A DNA stretch of 64,000 nt from Obrimoposthia wandeli (Eukaryota), in the NCBI GenBank assembly GCA_977020255.1, contig CDROCS010001089.1:310001-374000 (forward strand), given 5' to 3'. A program made the position numbers and the translations under genes. Below, piece after piece: positions 18,320 through 28,155 of the stretch (position 1 is the stretch's first letter; each line of letters starts with the position of its first letter). The notes beneath the pieces are model-generated. The model saw only the letters and a list, made by a program, of their open reading frames with translations, did no database searches and was not told the origin of the DNA.

Positions 18320-19042
18320 CTACGCCGCTTTAGCTCCACATATGAGCTCGACAAACTTTACCAATATATTGCGACTTTCTCCTGTATCTTGACAAGCATT
18401 TCTCACTTGCTGGGGGTCTTGACCGTATTTTTTGATTTCATCGGCCGTTTCATCAACGTAGTACTGGGTAATTTCACGTGTAAACTCTGGATGAAATTGC
18501 ACCGACCATATATTGCCTAATCTATAGGCTTGATGTGGCTCGAAACTATTGGCAGCTAACAATGTTGCATTTGGCGGCAACTGAAGTACGCTTTGATGGT
18601 GTCCTTCGTTTACGCTAAAATCACTCGGCGCATTACTAAACAATTGATCTGCCTTGCCTTCTTTGGTCAATGTCACATTCACGGTGCCAGGCTCTGGCCC
18701 TTTAGGATGAAAACCGACTTCACCGCCTAATGCTTTTGCAATTAATTGATGACCGTAACATATGCCAAAAACAGGTATATCTTGCGCTTTCATCGCTCGA
18801 ATATAAGGTATTAATGCTTCACTCCAAGGTTCACATGCAGTGACCATCGCGTGAGAACCTGTCAATATTACCCCTTTGTAATCAGCCAAATTAGGCTGAG
18901 GTGCACTAGTACGGGCATCGTAGACGGTAACGTCTGCTACTGTATTATCAAGACAAAGCTTGATCATATCTTCAAAATCACCGTGTGTTGCTTTTAAGCC
19001 GGGGAAAGTGTCGCCTGTTTTTATCAATAAGATATTAGTCAT
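18320..19042 (-). CDS. Class I glutamine amidotransferase-like protein
   Basis: ILTGS, GICYGHQL (nucleophile Cys), QFHPE (His-Glu). Confidence 0.88.
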   Translation of the reverse strand: MTNILLIKTGDTFPGLKATHGDFEDMIKLCLDNTVADVTVYDARTSAPQPNLADYKGVILTGSHAMVTACEPWSEALIPYIRAMKAQDIPVFGICYGHQLIAKALGGEVGFHPKGPEPGTVNVTLTKEGKADQLFSNAPSDFSVNEGHHQSVLQLPPNATLLAANSFEPHQAYRLGNIWSVQFHPEFTREITQYYVDETADEIKKYGQDPQQVRNACQDTGESRNILVKFVELICGAKAA

Positions 19043-19202
19043 TTATTTACCGAGTACTTTAGGGGTAGGCGTGAGCGTTACACGTTTGATACCATTAATT
19101 AGCTGCGAATTGTACAAGCAAAATAAACTCATTGCACTCATTTCTAAAGCTAGATAAAAACGATAAAAAATCAATTCGTAACAACACATAATCTATTGTT
19201 TT

Positions 19203-20534
19203 TTATACCTTAAACCACTTATTATGTTTGCCCAACCAATAAAAAGCATAGCAACTGGTGAGCGCTCTACCGAGATAAAAAGCTAACAAAGTTATCCACA
19301 AGCCGTGATTAAGCCAGTGTTGTGTGAAAAACCAAACAGGAAAGTAAATTGCGAAGACCGAGATAAGCATCGCATTTTGCATTACTTTCACTTGTGTCGT
19401 GCCAATAAATAAGCCATCCAATAGGTAGCTGGTCACAGCAATCAGTGGTAACAGCCATACCCATACTAAATACTCTTTGGCATTCAATCGCACAGCTTCG
19501 ATGGAGGTTAGTAAATCAATGATCAGCTCTCCGCTTAGGTAGAAGAACAATGAAAAAAACATTGCTGTAATCACAGAGAATACAGCAGCAGCTGTAACCA
19601 GTTCATATAGCTTTTGCAGGTCTTTTTCACCAATCGCCTTACCCGTTAAAGCTTCTATCGCATGGGCAAATCCATCCAGAACGTGAGAAATGAGCATTAC
19701 AAAGGTCATCAATACCGCATTTGCTGCAAGTATGTCTGCTCCTAATTTAGCCCCTTGTGCTGTAAAAAAAGACATGGCTAACAATAAAACAATAGTGCGC
19801 ACGAACAAGTAACGATTCACCTTGAAAATTGGCACGTAATGTTTTAGCTTTTTTAACTTGCTATAAATAACTTTTCCTAACAACGGCCTAAGCATGTTAT
19901 GACACATAATACTGGCGAAAATCAAACCGGCATATTCTGATATTACCGTTGCATAAGCAAGCCCTACTACCCCTAGATCAAATACATACACAGCTAATAC
20001 ATCTAATACAATATTTAGTAAGTTAGTGCTCACTAATAATGCAAGCAGCACTTTAGTATTTTGATTTCCCACAAACCAACCTAGCAATACATAGTTACAC
20101 AGCACAGCAGGGGCTCCGTAAATACGCACTGTTGCGTACGCTTCAGCTTGGGGTAACACTGTAGGGTCTGGCGCAAGTAACATCAACGCAACATCTATAA
20201 TAGGCTGCTGTAGCAGTACTAAACACAACGCAATACTAAGTGCTATTAATATAGATTGTACTAACACTGTGCGATTCGCTGAACCATCCTTAGCGCCCAC
20301 GCACTGCGCTATCATACCCGTGGTTCCCATGCGCAAAAAACCAAAGGACCAATAAATAAAAGAGAACAAGGTGGTACAGATAGCTACCGCTGCTAAAAAC
20401 CGGCTATCGGGTAGATGCCCGATAACAGCTATATCCGCTAGTCCTAGTAGCGGTTGAGATATGTTTGAGAGCATAACTGGCCATGACAAGAGCCAGATTT
20501 TGCTAAAACTATTATTATTTTTTATAAAACTCAC
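19203..20534 (-). CDS. MATE family efflux transporter (DinF-like)
   Basis: PVMLSNISQPLLGLAD, FGFLRMGTTG, NIVLDVL, DGFAHA, LDGLFIG; about 12 TM helices. Confidence 0.9.
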   Translation of the reverse strand: MSFIKNNNSFSKIWLLSWPVMLSNISQPLLGLADIAVIGHLPDSRFLAAVAICTTLFSFIYWSFGFLRMGTTGMIAQCVGAKDGSANRTVLVQSILIALSIALCLVLLQQPIIDVALMLLAPDPTVLPQAEAYATVRIYGAPAVLCNYVLLGWFVGNQNTKVLLALLVSTNLLNIVLDVLAVYVFDLGVVGLAYATVISEYAGLIFASIMCHNMLRPLLGKVIYSKLKKLKHYVPIFKVNRYLFVRTIVLLLAMSFFTAQGAKLGADILAANAVLMTFVMLISHVLDGFAHAIEALTGKAIGEKDLQKLYELVTAAAVFSVITAMFFSLFFYLSGELIIDLLTSIEAVRLNAKEYLVWVWLLPLIAVTSYLLDGLFIGTTQVKVMQNAMLISVFAIYFPVWFFTQHWLNHGLWITLLAFYLGRALTSCYAFYWLGKHNKWFKV

Positions 20535-20557
20535 TGCTAAAACCTATACTTATACCT

Positions 20558-21352
20558 TTAGCGACTTTGACCACGTGGCCAAAGATAAATACTTAGAAAC
20601 AAGATCATCGCAGCAACTACCACTGAAGGCCCGGCTGGAGTATCAAATTCAAAAGAACCCAATAACCCCATTACTACTGCCGCACAGCCAATCAGTGAGG
20701 CTAACAGCGCCATTTTTTCAGGAGAATTACTTAAAGGCCTGGCACTGGCAGCGGGAATTATCAGCAGTGAAGTAATAAGTAATACGCCAACTATTTTCAT
20801 TGCCACTGCAATAACCAGTGCGATCATAAGCATCAATAACAGCTTTATTTTAGCCACTGGTACCCCTTCGACAGCGGCCAATTCCTCGTTAATTGTCATT
20901 GCGATGAGCTGTGGCCAAAAAGCATAGAGCAATGCAAGCACCAGCATTCCACCTAAACCTATCCACAGTAAATCAATAGGCAAAATGGCCAGTAAGTCAC
21001 CGAATAAAAATGCCATAAGATCGACGCGAGCATCTTCAATAAAAGAAATAGTCACTAAACCGAGCGAGAGCGAGCTGTGCGCCATAATCCCCAGCAGAGT
21101 ATCTGTAGCAATGAAATGTTGTTTTTGCATGGCCACCAGCACGACGGCCAAAAGTAAACAGCAAACGATGATGGCTATATTGAGATTAATTTCTAAAAAA
21201 ATACCGATTGCCACGCCGAGCAGCGCGCTGTGCGCTAAGCTATCGCCAAAATAAGACATGCGTCGCCACACCACAAAAGCGCCTAAAGGCCCTGCAACTA
21301 AAGCAACGCCGATCCCGCCGAGTAGCGCATATAGTAAAAAATCATATAACAT
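20558..21352 (-). CDS. znuB: Zinc ABC transporter permease
   Basis: GAFVVWRRMSYFGDSLAHSALLG, MKIVGVLLITSLLIIPAASAR. ATG at 21352 follows the znuC stop; the longer ORF-track start overlaps znuC. Confidence 0.93.
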   Translation of the reverse strand: MLYDFLLYALLGGIGVALVAGPLGAFVVWRRMSYFGDSLAHSALLGVAIGIFLEINLNIAIIVCCLLLAVVLVAMQKQHFIATDTLLGIMAHSSLSLGLVTISFIEDARVDLMAFLFGDLLAILPIDLLWIGLGGMLVLALLYAFWPQLIAMTINEELAAVEGVPVAKIKLLLMLMIALVIAVAMKIVGVLLITSLLIIPAASARPLSNSPEKMALLASLIGCAAVVMGLLGSFEFDTPAGPSVVVAAMILFLSIYLWPRGQSR

Positions 21353-21353
21353 T

Positions 21354-22172
21354 TTAGTGATTGCACTCTTTATTGTGTTGGTGTTTATGCTCGTTATTTC
21401 GTTCAAGGCTGTATTCTTGTGCCTCAGCGGATGTCGCAGGAAGAATATCACCATGTAAATTATGATCGTGGTTGTGATGATGTTCGTACAAAGCCATCGT
21501 TTTGGCACTAGCGGCACCAAATAAATCTATATAAGAAGGGTCGCTAGTTATTTTTTCTGGATGACCTGAACAACAAATATGCTGGTTCATACAGATAACA
21601 TGATCGGTTGCTGACATCACTAAATGCAAGTCGTGAGAGATCATCAACACCCCGCATCCCCGCGCTTCGCGTATTTCGGAAATAAGCTGATAAAGTGCTA
21701 TTTGACCATTGATATCAACCCCTTGCACTGGCTCATCAAGTACCAGCAGCTGCGGATTTCTCAGCAGCGCTCTAGCAAGTAATACCCGCTGCATTTCGCC
21801 ACCTGATAGGGCATGGATAGAACTATCAAGTAAATGTTCAACGCTGACACTGACAACGGCTGCTGTCATTGCCTGTTTTGATAAACGCCGAGAGATTTGT
21901 AAGAAACGGCGCACAGTTAAAGGGAATGTACTGTCTATATGTAATTTTTGTGGTACATAACCAATGACTAAACCTGGTTTTTTCCAAACACTCCCTGAAT
22001 CGGTGGCGACCAAGCCCAATACTGTTTTGACTAAGGTTGTTTTTCCCGCACCATTTGGACCAATTAGCGTAGTAATGCAGTTAGTATGCAAATTAAAACT
22101 GACGTTATCGACTACCTTTTTCCCCGAAAAACTCACGTTAACTTGCTCTAACTTCACAATGTCGTTGTTCAT
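21354..22172 (-). CDS. znuC: Zinc ABC transporter ATP-binding protein
   Basis: GPNGAGKTT Walker A, LSGGEMQR signature, VLDEP, SHDLHLV, ICCSGHP; His-rich tail. Confidence 0.93.
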   Translation of the reverse strand: MNNDIVKLEQVNVSFSGKKVVDNVSFNLHTNCITTLIGPNGAGKTTLVKTVLGLVATDSGSVWKKPGLVIGYVPQKLHIDSTFPLTVRRFLQISRRLSKQAMTAAVVSVSVEHLLDSSIHALSGGEMQRVLLARALLRNPQLLVLDEPVQGVDINGQIALYQLISEIREARGCGVLMISHDLHLVMSATDHVICMNQHICCSGHPEKITSDPSYIDLFGAASAKTMALYEHHHNHDHNLHGDILPATSAEAQEYSLERNNEHKHQHNKECNH

Positions 22173-22678
22173 TCCTCAGCTCCGCTTTCTTCCATAGCTG
22201 AGCTAGAGCTCTTACAACAGTTAGGACATTTCCCCACTATTTCTAAGTGCTCACGTTCTACCACAAAGCCCATGTCTGCTGTTATATCAGCGATAGCACT
22301 GGCCAGTTTTGGGGATTCTAATTCCACTGCTAATTGGCAGTGATCACAAATAAAAAAGCAGCTACTGCATTGATGACCCGGATGTGAGCAACCAATAAAC
22401 GCATTCAGAGATGAAATGCGATGGACCAACCCCTGCTCCTGCAAAAAATCAAGTGCTCGATATACCGTAGGCGGAGCTGAATTAAAACCTGCGTTTTTAA
22501 TCGCAGGAAGCAGCTCGTAAGCACCTAATGGTCGATGGCTTTGCCATATCATTTCCAACACTAAGCGTCGAATTTTTGTGAAGCGCTGGCCACCTTGCGC
22601 ACAAATGGCTTCTGCTTTTGCTAAAGCGCTGTTTACGCAGCTAGAATGATCATGTTTAGATTGGAAGGTAAATGTCAA
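22169..22678 (-). CDS. zur: Zinc uptake regulator (Fur family)
   Basis: HDHSSC, PPTVYRALDFL, CDHC and CPNC zinc sites; 4-nt overlap with znuC. Confidence 0.92.
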   Translation of the reverse strand: MTFTFQSKHDHSSCVNSALAKAEAICAQGGQRFTKIRRLVLEMIWQSHRPLGAYELLPAIKNAGFNSAPPTVYRALDFLQEQGLVHRISSLNAFIGCSHPGHQCSSCFFICDHCQLAVELESPKLASAIADITADMGFVVEREHLEIVGKCPNCCKSSSSAMEESGAEE

Positions 22679-22720
22679 AATTTCCTCACAGCGGTTGCCG
22701 ATAAAATTAATAAGTGCAAT

Positions 22721-22740
22721 AATTGTTATATTATAACTTT
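22721..22740. promoter_or_regulatory. Zur box
   Basis: AATTGTTATATTATAACTTT matches the TGTTATA-N-TATAACA core in the divergent zur/znuA spacer. Confidence 0.8.
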
Positions 22741-22758
22741 TAATTTTAGGCAGTACTA

Positions 22759-23823
22759 ATGAATTTTTGTAACAAATCCGTAATTTTCCCTACTATTTTT
22801 AGCCTCTTCACGCTCTTTAGCATCAATACAAACGCTAAAACTGCAGCTTACGCAGAATCTGGCTTCATTTTAACCAGTATCAAACCTTTGCAATTAATTG
22901 CAGCAGATATAACTCAAGGTGTTATTCAATCTATCTCGTTACTGCCGCCGGGCGCCTCGCCCCACGCTTATGCGCTTCGCCCTTCTGACATAAAGAAAAT
23001 TCATCAAGCAAAAAATATTTATTGGATCGGTCCGCAAATGGAGCAGTTTTTACAAAAAACATTTGCCCAATATCCCATCAAAAGCCATGCACTTTCAGCT
23101 GTGCTTACTAAATCAATCACTGAAGATGAAACATTACATAACAGTGAAAACCTCGCGACAAAGGTAGCTGAAGAATCTCATGTGGGTGAAGAAGAGCATG
23201 ATGCCGCTCATGAAAATAAAAAGCATGAGCATGAACATGAAGATGGAGAAGAGGAAGGTGCTGAGCACGATGAACACCAAACACAAATTCACCTGCATAA
23301 ATACCAAGGTAAAGATTTGCACATTTGGCTGAGCCCTATCAAGGCATTACAAATTGCTAATTTAATCAAAAACCAAGTGAGTGAACTCTATCCACAACAT
23401 CAGGCGCTACTTGAGGCGAATTACCAGCGTTTTAGCGTTGAATTAAATCGTTTAGATCTGCAGCTGAATGCGCAATTTAGCCCTTTGAAAGCATTGGGCT
23501 TTATAGTGTTTCATGATGGTTACTCACGATTTATTGAGCACTATCAGTTAAATCAAATTGCAGCGATCACCAATAATCCTGCTAACCGCACCGGCGCTAA
23601 GCACTTGGCCGAAATGCGCCAACTAATTGAAGAAACGCAGCCGGTTTGTATTTTCAGTGAGCCGCAATTTAACAGTGCGACAGTTAACACTCTGAAACGT
23701 AATTTCTCGATCAAGATAGGCCAGCTAGATCCACTGGCAACTAATATCGACGCGCAACAAAGCCGCTATGTTAGTTTTATGAAGGATTTCGCTGGCCAGT
23801 TTATCGATTGCTTAAGCAGGTAG
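22759..23823 (+). CDS. znuA: Zinc ABC transporter substrate-binding protein
   Basis: SIKPLQLI, ASPHAYALRPSD, His/Glu-rich loop, DLHIWLSP, VFHDGY, CIFSEPQF. Confidence 0.93.
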   Translation: MNFCNKSVIFPTIFSLFTLFSINTNAKTAAYAESGFILTSIKPLQLIAADITQGVIQSISLLPPGASPHAYALRPSDIKKIHQAKNIYWIGPQMEQFLQKTFAQYPIKSHALSAVLTKSITEDETLHNSENLATKVAEESHVGEEEHDAAHENKKHEHEHEDGEEEGAEHDEHQTQIHLHKYQGKDLHIWLSPIKALQIANLIKNQVSELYPQHQALLEANYQRFSVELNRLDLQLNAQFSPLKALGFIVFHDGYSRFIEHYQLNQIAAITNNPANRTGAKHLAEMRQLIEETQPVCIFSEPQFNSATVNTLKRNFSIKIGQLDPLATNIDAQQSRYVSFMKDFAGQFIDCLSR

Positions 23824-23864
23824 TCTGTTTATGAAATAGCTGACTTATGGCTGGTCAAGCGCTT

Positions 23865-23891
23865 ATTACCTTCCTTAAAAAGGAAGGTAAT
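23865..23891. terminator. Hairpin between convergent znuA and the second ggt
   Basis: ATTACCTTCCT-TAAAA-AGGAAGGTAAT perfect inverted repeat. Confidence 0.6.
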
Positions 23892-23911
23892 GCTGTCGTT
23901 GTAACTCGTAT

Positions 23912-25525
23912 TTAGAAGCAGGCAATATGCCCGTCTGTTCTTGATTCTGTTCCTCCACAAAGCACCCCTGTTTCTGGGTTTCTTAAGATAATTTGCCCGC
24001 GCCCATAACTAGTAAGCTCTGTAGCTATTTCTATATCATGCCCTTTTGCGCGCAATCCTTGCACTATATGTTGAGGTACTGTTGGTTCTAACCCCACCTT
24101 TTTTGCACCCATCCACTGCCATCTAGGCGCATCTAGCGAAGCTTGGGGGTTCAGCTTAAAATCGACCATATTAATGATCATTTGCATATGACCTTGAGGT
24201 TGCATAAACCCACCCATCACACCAAAGGCGCCCACTGCTTCTTTTCCTTTAGTAATAAACCCTGGGATTATAGTATGGAATGTCTTTTTACCTGGCTGTA
24301 AGTAGTTCACATGTGCTGGGTCTAAACTAAAGTTATGACCGCGGTTTTGCATGGCAATACCGGTGTTGGGCACGACGACTCCAGAGCCGAAACCGTGATA
24401 ATTACTCTGAATAAATGAAACCATATTGCCATCGCTATCGGCCGTTGAAAGATACACAGTACCTCCTGCCTTAGGATCTCCTGCCTTTGGCATTAACGCT
24501 TCATCGCCAATCAATTGCTGGCGAGCTTTACCATATTCATCACTGATTAAATCTGCTACTGAAACGTGCATGCTATCAATTTGAGTAATGTGCTCATGCC
24601 CATCAATATAAGCTAATTTCATGGCCTCTATTTGCCGATGGTAAGATTCAACACTTTCGCGCTGCGAAAACTCAAAATGCTGAGCTATATTTAAGCCCAT
24701 TAACGCCACTATTCCTTGGCCATTAGGGGGTATTTCCCAAACATCGTATCCTCTATAATTTACTTTTATAGGATCGACCCACTCTACTTGGTAATTTTCT
24801 AAATCGGATTTTCGTAATAACCCTCCGGTCTTTTTACAAAAATGCTCGATCTCATCTGCGAGCTCTCCCGTATAAAAAGATGCGCACTCGCTCTGAGCCA
24901 ACATGGCTAAAGTGCGTGCATGCCCTGGTGATGAAAACATTTCACCAGCTTGCGGCGCCCTACCTTTAGGTGCAAACGTGGTAAACCAGTGACGAGTAGA
25001 TTCTTGTGTAAACTTACCTTTAAAGTTATCAAACGAGCGCTGCCACAAATAGCTAATAACAGGCGATACTGGAAAACCTTCTGCTGCAAGATCAATCGCG
25101 GGCTGCAATAAATCTTTGAAAGGTAATACGCCGAATTTTTTAGATAGAGCACTCCAACTAGCAGGAGTACCAGGCACCGTTACCGGTAGCCAACCGTACA
25201 ATGGCATTTCTAAATGCCCCTGCTTCTTCAATTCTTGTGGCGTCAGTTTTTGCGGTGCTTGACCAGATGCGTTCAAACCGTGCAATTTATCCTTAAACCA
25301 AACTAAAGCAAATGCATCACCGCCAATACCGCACCCTGTAGGCTCAACCACTGTTAATGCAGCAGCAGTGGCGATTGCCGCATCTATTGCATTTCCTCCT
25401 TTTTTTAAAATATCTAAACCAATTTCAGCGGCTAACGGCTGAGAAGTCGCCACCATTGCTTTTTTCGCATACAGAACACTACGATTAGAGGCATAGGGGT
25501 TTTGTAAAGAATTATTATCAAACAT
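23912..25525 (-). CDS. Gamma-glutamyltransferase family protein, cytoplasmic YwrD/HpxW-like type
   Basis: MVATSQPLAA, GGNAIDAAIA, EPTGCGIGGD, GGTVYL (catalytic Thr), FHTIIP, GVMGGFMQPQGH; no signal peptide. ATG 25525 preferred over 25684. Confidence 0.88.
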   Translation of the reverse strand: MFDNNSLQNPYASNRSVLYAKKAMVATSQPLAAEIGLDILKKGGNAIDAAIATAAALTVVEPTGCGIGGDAFALVWFKDKLHGLNASGQAPQKLTPQELKKQGHLEMPLYGWLPVTVPGTPASWSALSKKFGVLPFKDLLQPAIDLAAEGFPVSPVISYLWQRSFDNFKGKFTQESTRHWFTTFAPKGRAPQAGEMFSSPGHARTLAMLAQSECASFYTGELADEIEHFCKKTGGLLRKSDLENYQVEWVDPIKVNYRGYDVWEIPPNGQGIVALMGLNIAQHFEFSQRESVESYHRQIEAMKLAYIDGHEHITQIDSMHVSVADLISDEYGKARQQLIGDEALMPKAGDPKAGGTVYLSTADSDGNMVSFIQSNYHGFGSGVVVPNTGIAMQNRGHNFSLDPAHVNYLQPGKKTFHTIIPGFITKGKEAVGAFGVMGGFMQPQGHMQMIINMVDFKLNPQASLDAPRWQWMGAKKVGLEPTVPQHIVQGLRAKGHDIEIATELTSYGRGQIILRNPETGVLCGGTESRTDGHIACF

Positions 25526-25961
25526 AAGCGAACTCCAGTAACAGCAGGTTATCAACAAAGGGTGGCTACAGTATTTCTTAAAACTTAAAACAAAAAGCAC
25601 ATACAACGACAGTAAACCTGAATCCATGAAGCTGTATTGTAGAAATGATTTTGAAGCTGCGAACACAATGGATGTAGCGATCAATTATAGTTAGTTTTTA
25701 GATAGCGTAAGTGAAGGGAATAAAAGATGCTATCTTAAAGCCCAAAGCAAAAGCAAAACCTTCTATTTCGATGCCCCAAGCGCATGCGGCATAGATTACT
25801 TAATATCGATTCAATATGCTATTTACAGATCTCTTGCTATAGCTTTTATTAGTATTGGATACATCTGTTCAGAACAGAATCAATCTTGAACGCTGTCAAT
25901 TACGACAATTTCAGCCTATATGGCGCACTTATATGTATTAAAAGCTAACTCTTATAACTAA

Positions 25962-27068
25962 TTAGCTAATCAATGCTAAATGGTTGTCCCATTGCATTGA
26001 TTTATTATTCAGCACTGGCTGCTTTTTCTGTGTGTTAGCTTGTATTTTATACACTTTCCCGCGGCCACTGCTTACTACAAAACTAGCGTTGTTCTCATCT
26101 TGAGTTATGCCGCAACCATCGCGTACTTTAGCGCTGCCTAAAAAGGTATTCTGAGCTAAATCCCAAAATAAAATTTTATCTCCCTTTGGCGCTGACACAG
26201 CGACTGTACTGCCACTGCGATCAAAACAAGCGCTACCGCAATATTGCTTTAATTGATAAAATTCTTGATCGGGAATGGACAAAATTTGTAACGGCTGCCC
26301 GCGTTGGTGTGTCGCGACTAAAGGCACCTTGTCAGTCATTTCACCTTGATACTGCATGGCTATTAAGATTTTATCGCTACTATTAACATCAATATGGCGA
26401 ATACTTAGCTGAGCATGTTGCTGCTGTGGTAGTCTCACTTGTTCAGTTATTTTTTGCGTCTTTAAGTCAATATAAGAGAGATTTGATTGCATACTCTCTA
26501 AATTCAATTTGACTCTATCAAGGGTATGAATGCCACCATTGGCCACAACCATAGTGCTGCCATCAGCACTTAACTTGAGCTGATGTGGGCCGATGCCGCC
26601 TGAACTAAACTGCTGCACAAGGCTGAATTGGTTGCGCATATCCCGCACCACAACTAAGCCTTGGCTGGTTTGTGTGATATTTTCGGTGGTATACAAATAA
26701 CGCCCATTTTGGCTTATTTGCAGGTGCCCACAAAAATCTTGACCTTGAGCAACATCGACCTGCTTAACTAGCTTTCCCGTCGTTAAATCAACCACTAATA
26801 AGTATTGACCGGGGCGTCTTGCAACGACTAATACCCAAGGCTTAATTGGATGCTTAATCACTTGATGTGCACGACTTGGCAGTGGATAACGCATTTGCTC
26901 TACTGCTGATGAATTAAAAACGACTAGCCAATGCTGGTCCTCATTATCAACACTTGCAGAAGCATAGTTTAGCGCTGTGCTAGCGATTGAAATACCAGGA
27001 AAGGCACTACTGAACAACAGCCCTGTTAGGTAGGTATTAAACTGGCGGCGCTGCATCTTAATCTCCAT
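25962..27068 (-). CDS. DUF1513 family protein (beta-propeller-like, Tat signal)
   Basis: QRRQF twin-arginine motif, ARRPG, FCGH, GIGPHQ, VANGGIHT, LSIRH, DNHL; last gene of the imelysin cluster. Confidence 0.8.
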   Translation of the reverse strand: MEIKMQRRQFNTYLTGLLFSSAFPGISIASTALNYASASVDNEDQHWLVVFNSSAVEQMRYPLPSRAHQVIKHPIKPWVLVVARRPGQYLLVVDLTTGKLVKQVDVAQGQDFCGHLQISQNGRYLYTTENITQTSQGLVVVRDMRNQFSLVQQFSSGGIGPHQLKLSADGSTMVVANGGIHTLDRVKLNLESMQSNLSYIDLKTQKITEQVRLPQQQHAQLSIRHIDVNSSDKILIAMQYQGEMTDKVPLVATHQRGQPLQILSIPDQEFYQLKQYCGSACFDRSGSTVAVSAPKGDKILFWDLAQNTFLGSAKVRDGCGITQDENNASFVVSSGRGKVYKIQANTQKKQPVLNNKSMQWDNHLALIS

Positions 27069-28155
27069 CGCGGCGATTAAAGCCTAAATTCACTTCCAGT
27101 GGTTTCATGGCTGCCAATAAACTACTACTTAGTTGTTTTAGCTCTGTTTGCGCTTGCTGTAACTGGACAAATTGCGCTTGCGAATATTGCATGTTAACCG
27201 GCTCTTTTATTGTTGCCAGTAATTTTGCAAGTTGCTGAAATTGCGTTTCTATTTTTTCACCCAAAGCGTCCGCGCCATTCTCTGCTAATAGCTGCTTAGT
27301 ATTAACCCCTGCTATTCCCGAGTATAGATTGTGTAATGTAGCAACATTGCTGCGTAAATTCGGGATTGATTGCTCACTGCGCCACGATTCGCTTTTGCGC
27401 CAGCGCATTTTGGCCAGCTCGCTACCTAAAGGCGCTGCTATTTTGCCATCGCTAAGTGCTTCAATCGGCTCAACCAAGGCTTTTAATATTTCTGTCGCCG
27501 CCTCTAGAGATGACTCGTAGGTATCGTCTTCACTATATTGTTCATAGTTTGAGAGCTCTGTTTGCCACTCATTGCTAATCGCTTGTGTGTTTTCAGCCAC
27601 ATGTTTACTGATAGCACTCATCAACTGGCAATAACTGGCATTACTGTGCAACTGGGCCATTATTTTTTTATCAAAAAGTAAGCGTTCTAATGCAGGATAG
27701 CCCTTTACTGCCACGGATGCTTTAGCAAAGAATTTACTGTCAAAACTTTCTTGAGCATCGTTCTGTTTTGCATTTTTCAGCAGCATACTTAGTTGTCTGC
27801 CGCCTAGATTTTTCTTATCTGGCCAGTATTGTAAGCTAAAGTTACGCATCAGCAAGGTAACCGGGCCAAATTGAATATGTTGAATTTTTTGCCAGCTTTG
27901 CAAGCTTTTCTTGAACTGTTGTTGAGCGTTAGCGAATTTATCTTTGGTTGGTGCCGTGCAATAGCCCTTGATTGTTGTGCTCAACTGCTTAGATTGCAGT
28001 GCCAACTGCTGGTAACGTGGAATAATATGCTGGCTTATGGCCACTTGGTTAAATTCCTGCCAGCGCTGTTCATCTAATGTTTTTTCAGTTGCGTTGGTGC
28101 TATTTGACAAAACACTGCTTAACGCTAATAGCGTTATTATTGTCTGTTGCTGCAT
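27058..28155 (-). CDS. Imelysin family protein (second copy)
   Basis: Signal peptide, WQKIQHIQFGP, YWPDKK, KGYPALERLLF, C-terminal GFNRRDGD. Confidence 0.82.
   Translation of the reverse strand: MQQQTIITLLALSSVLSNSTNATEKTLDEQRWQEFNQVAISQHIIPRYQQLALQSKQLSTTIKGYCTAPTKDKFANAQQQFKKSLQSWQKIQHIQFGPVTLLMRNFSLQYWPDKKNLGGRQLSMLLKNAKQNDAQESFDSKFFAKASVAVKGYPALERLLFDKKIMAQLHSNASYCQLMSAISKHVAENTQAISNEWQTELSNYEQYSEDDTYESSLEAATEILKALVEPIEALSDGKIAAPLGSELAKMRWRKSESWRSEQSIPNLRSNVATLHNLYSGIAGVNTKQLLAENGADALGEKIETQFQQLAKLLATIKEPVNMQYSQAQFVQLQQAQTELKQLSSSLLAAMKPLEVNLGFNRRDGD

Noticed and set aside
10317-19300. Scattered DnaA-box matches (TTATTCACA 10317-10325; TTATCCACA 19292-19300 inside the MATE gene)
   Set aside because: Isolated 9-mers are expected by chance in 64 kb of AT-rich DNA.
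21353-21520. N-terminal extension of znuB given by the ORF track
   Set aside because: Overlaps the znuC 3' end; the ATG at 21352 right after the znuC stop gives a normal ZnuB.
23190-23290. GAGCATGA/GAACATGA-type repeats in znuA as a tandem repeat or array
   Set aside because: They simply encode the His/Glu-rich zinc-binding loop.
25526-25684. N-terminal extension of the second GGT
   Set aside because: Low-information sequence; family similarity starts after the ATG at 25525.
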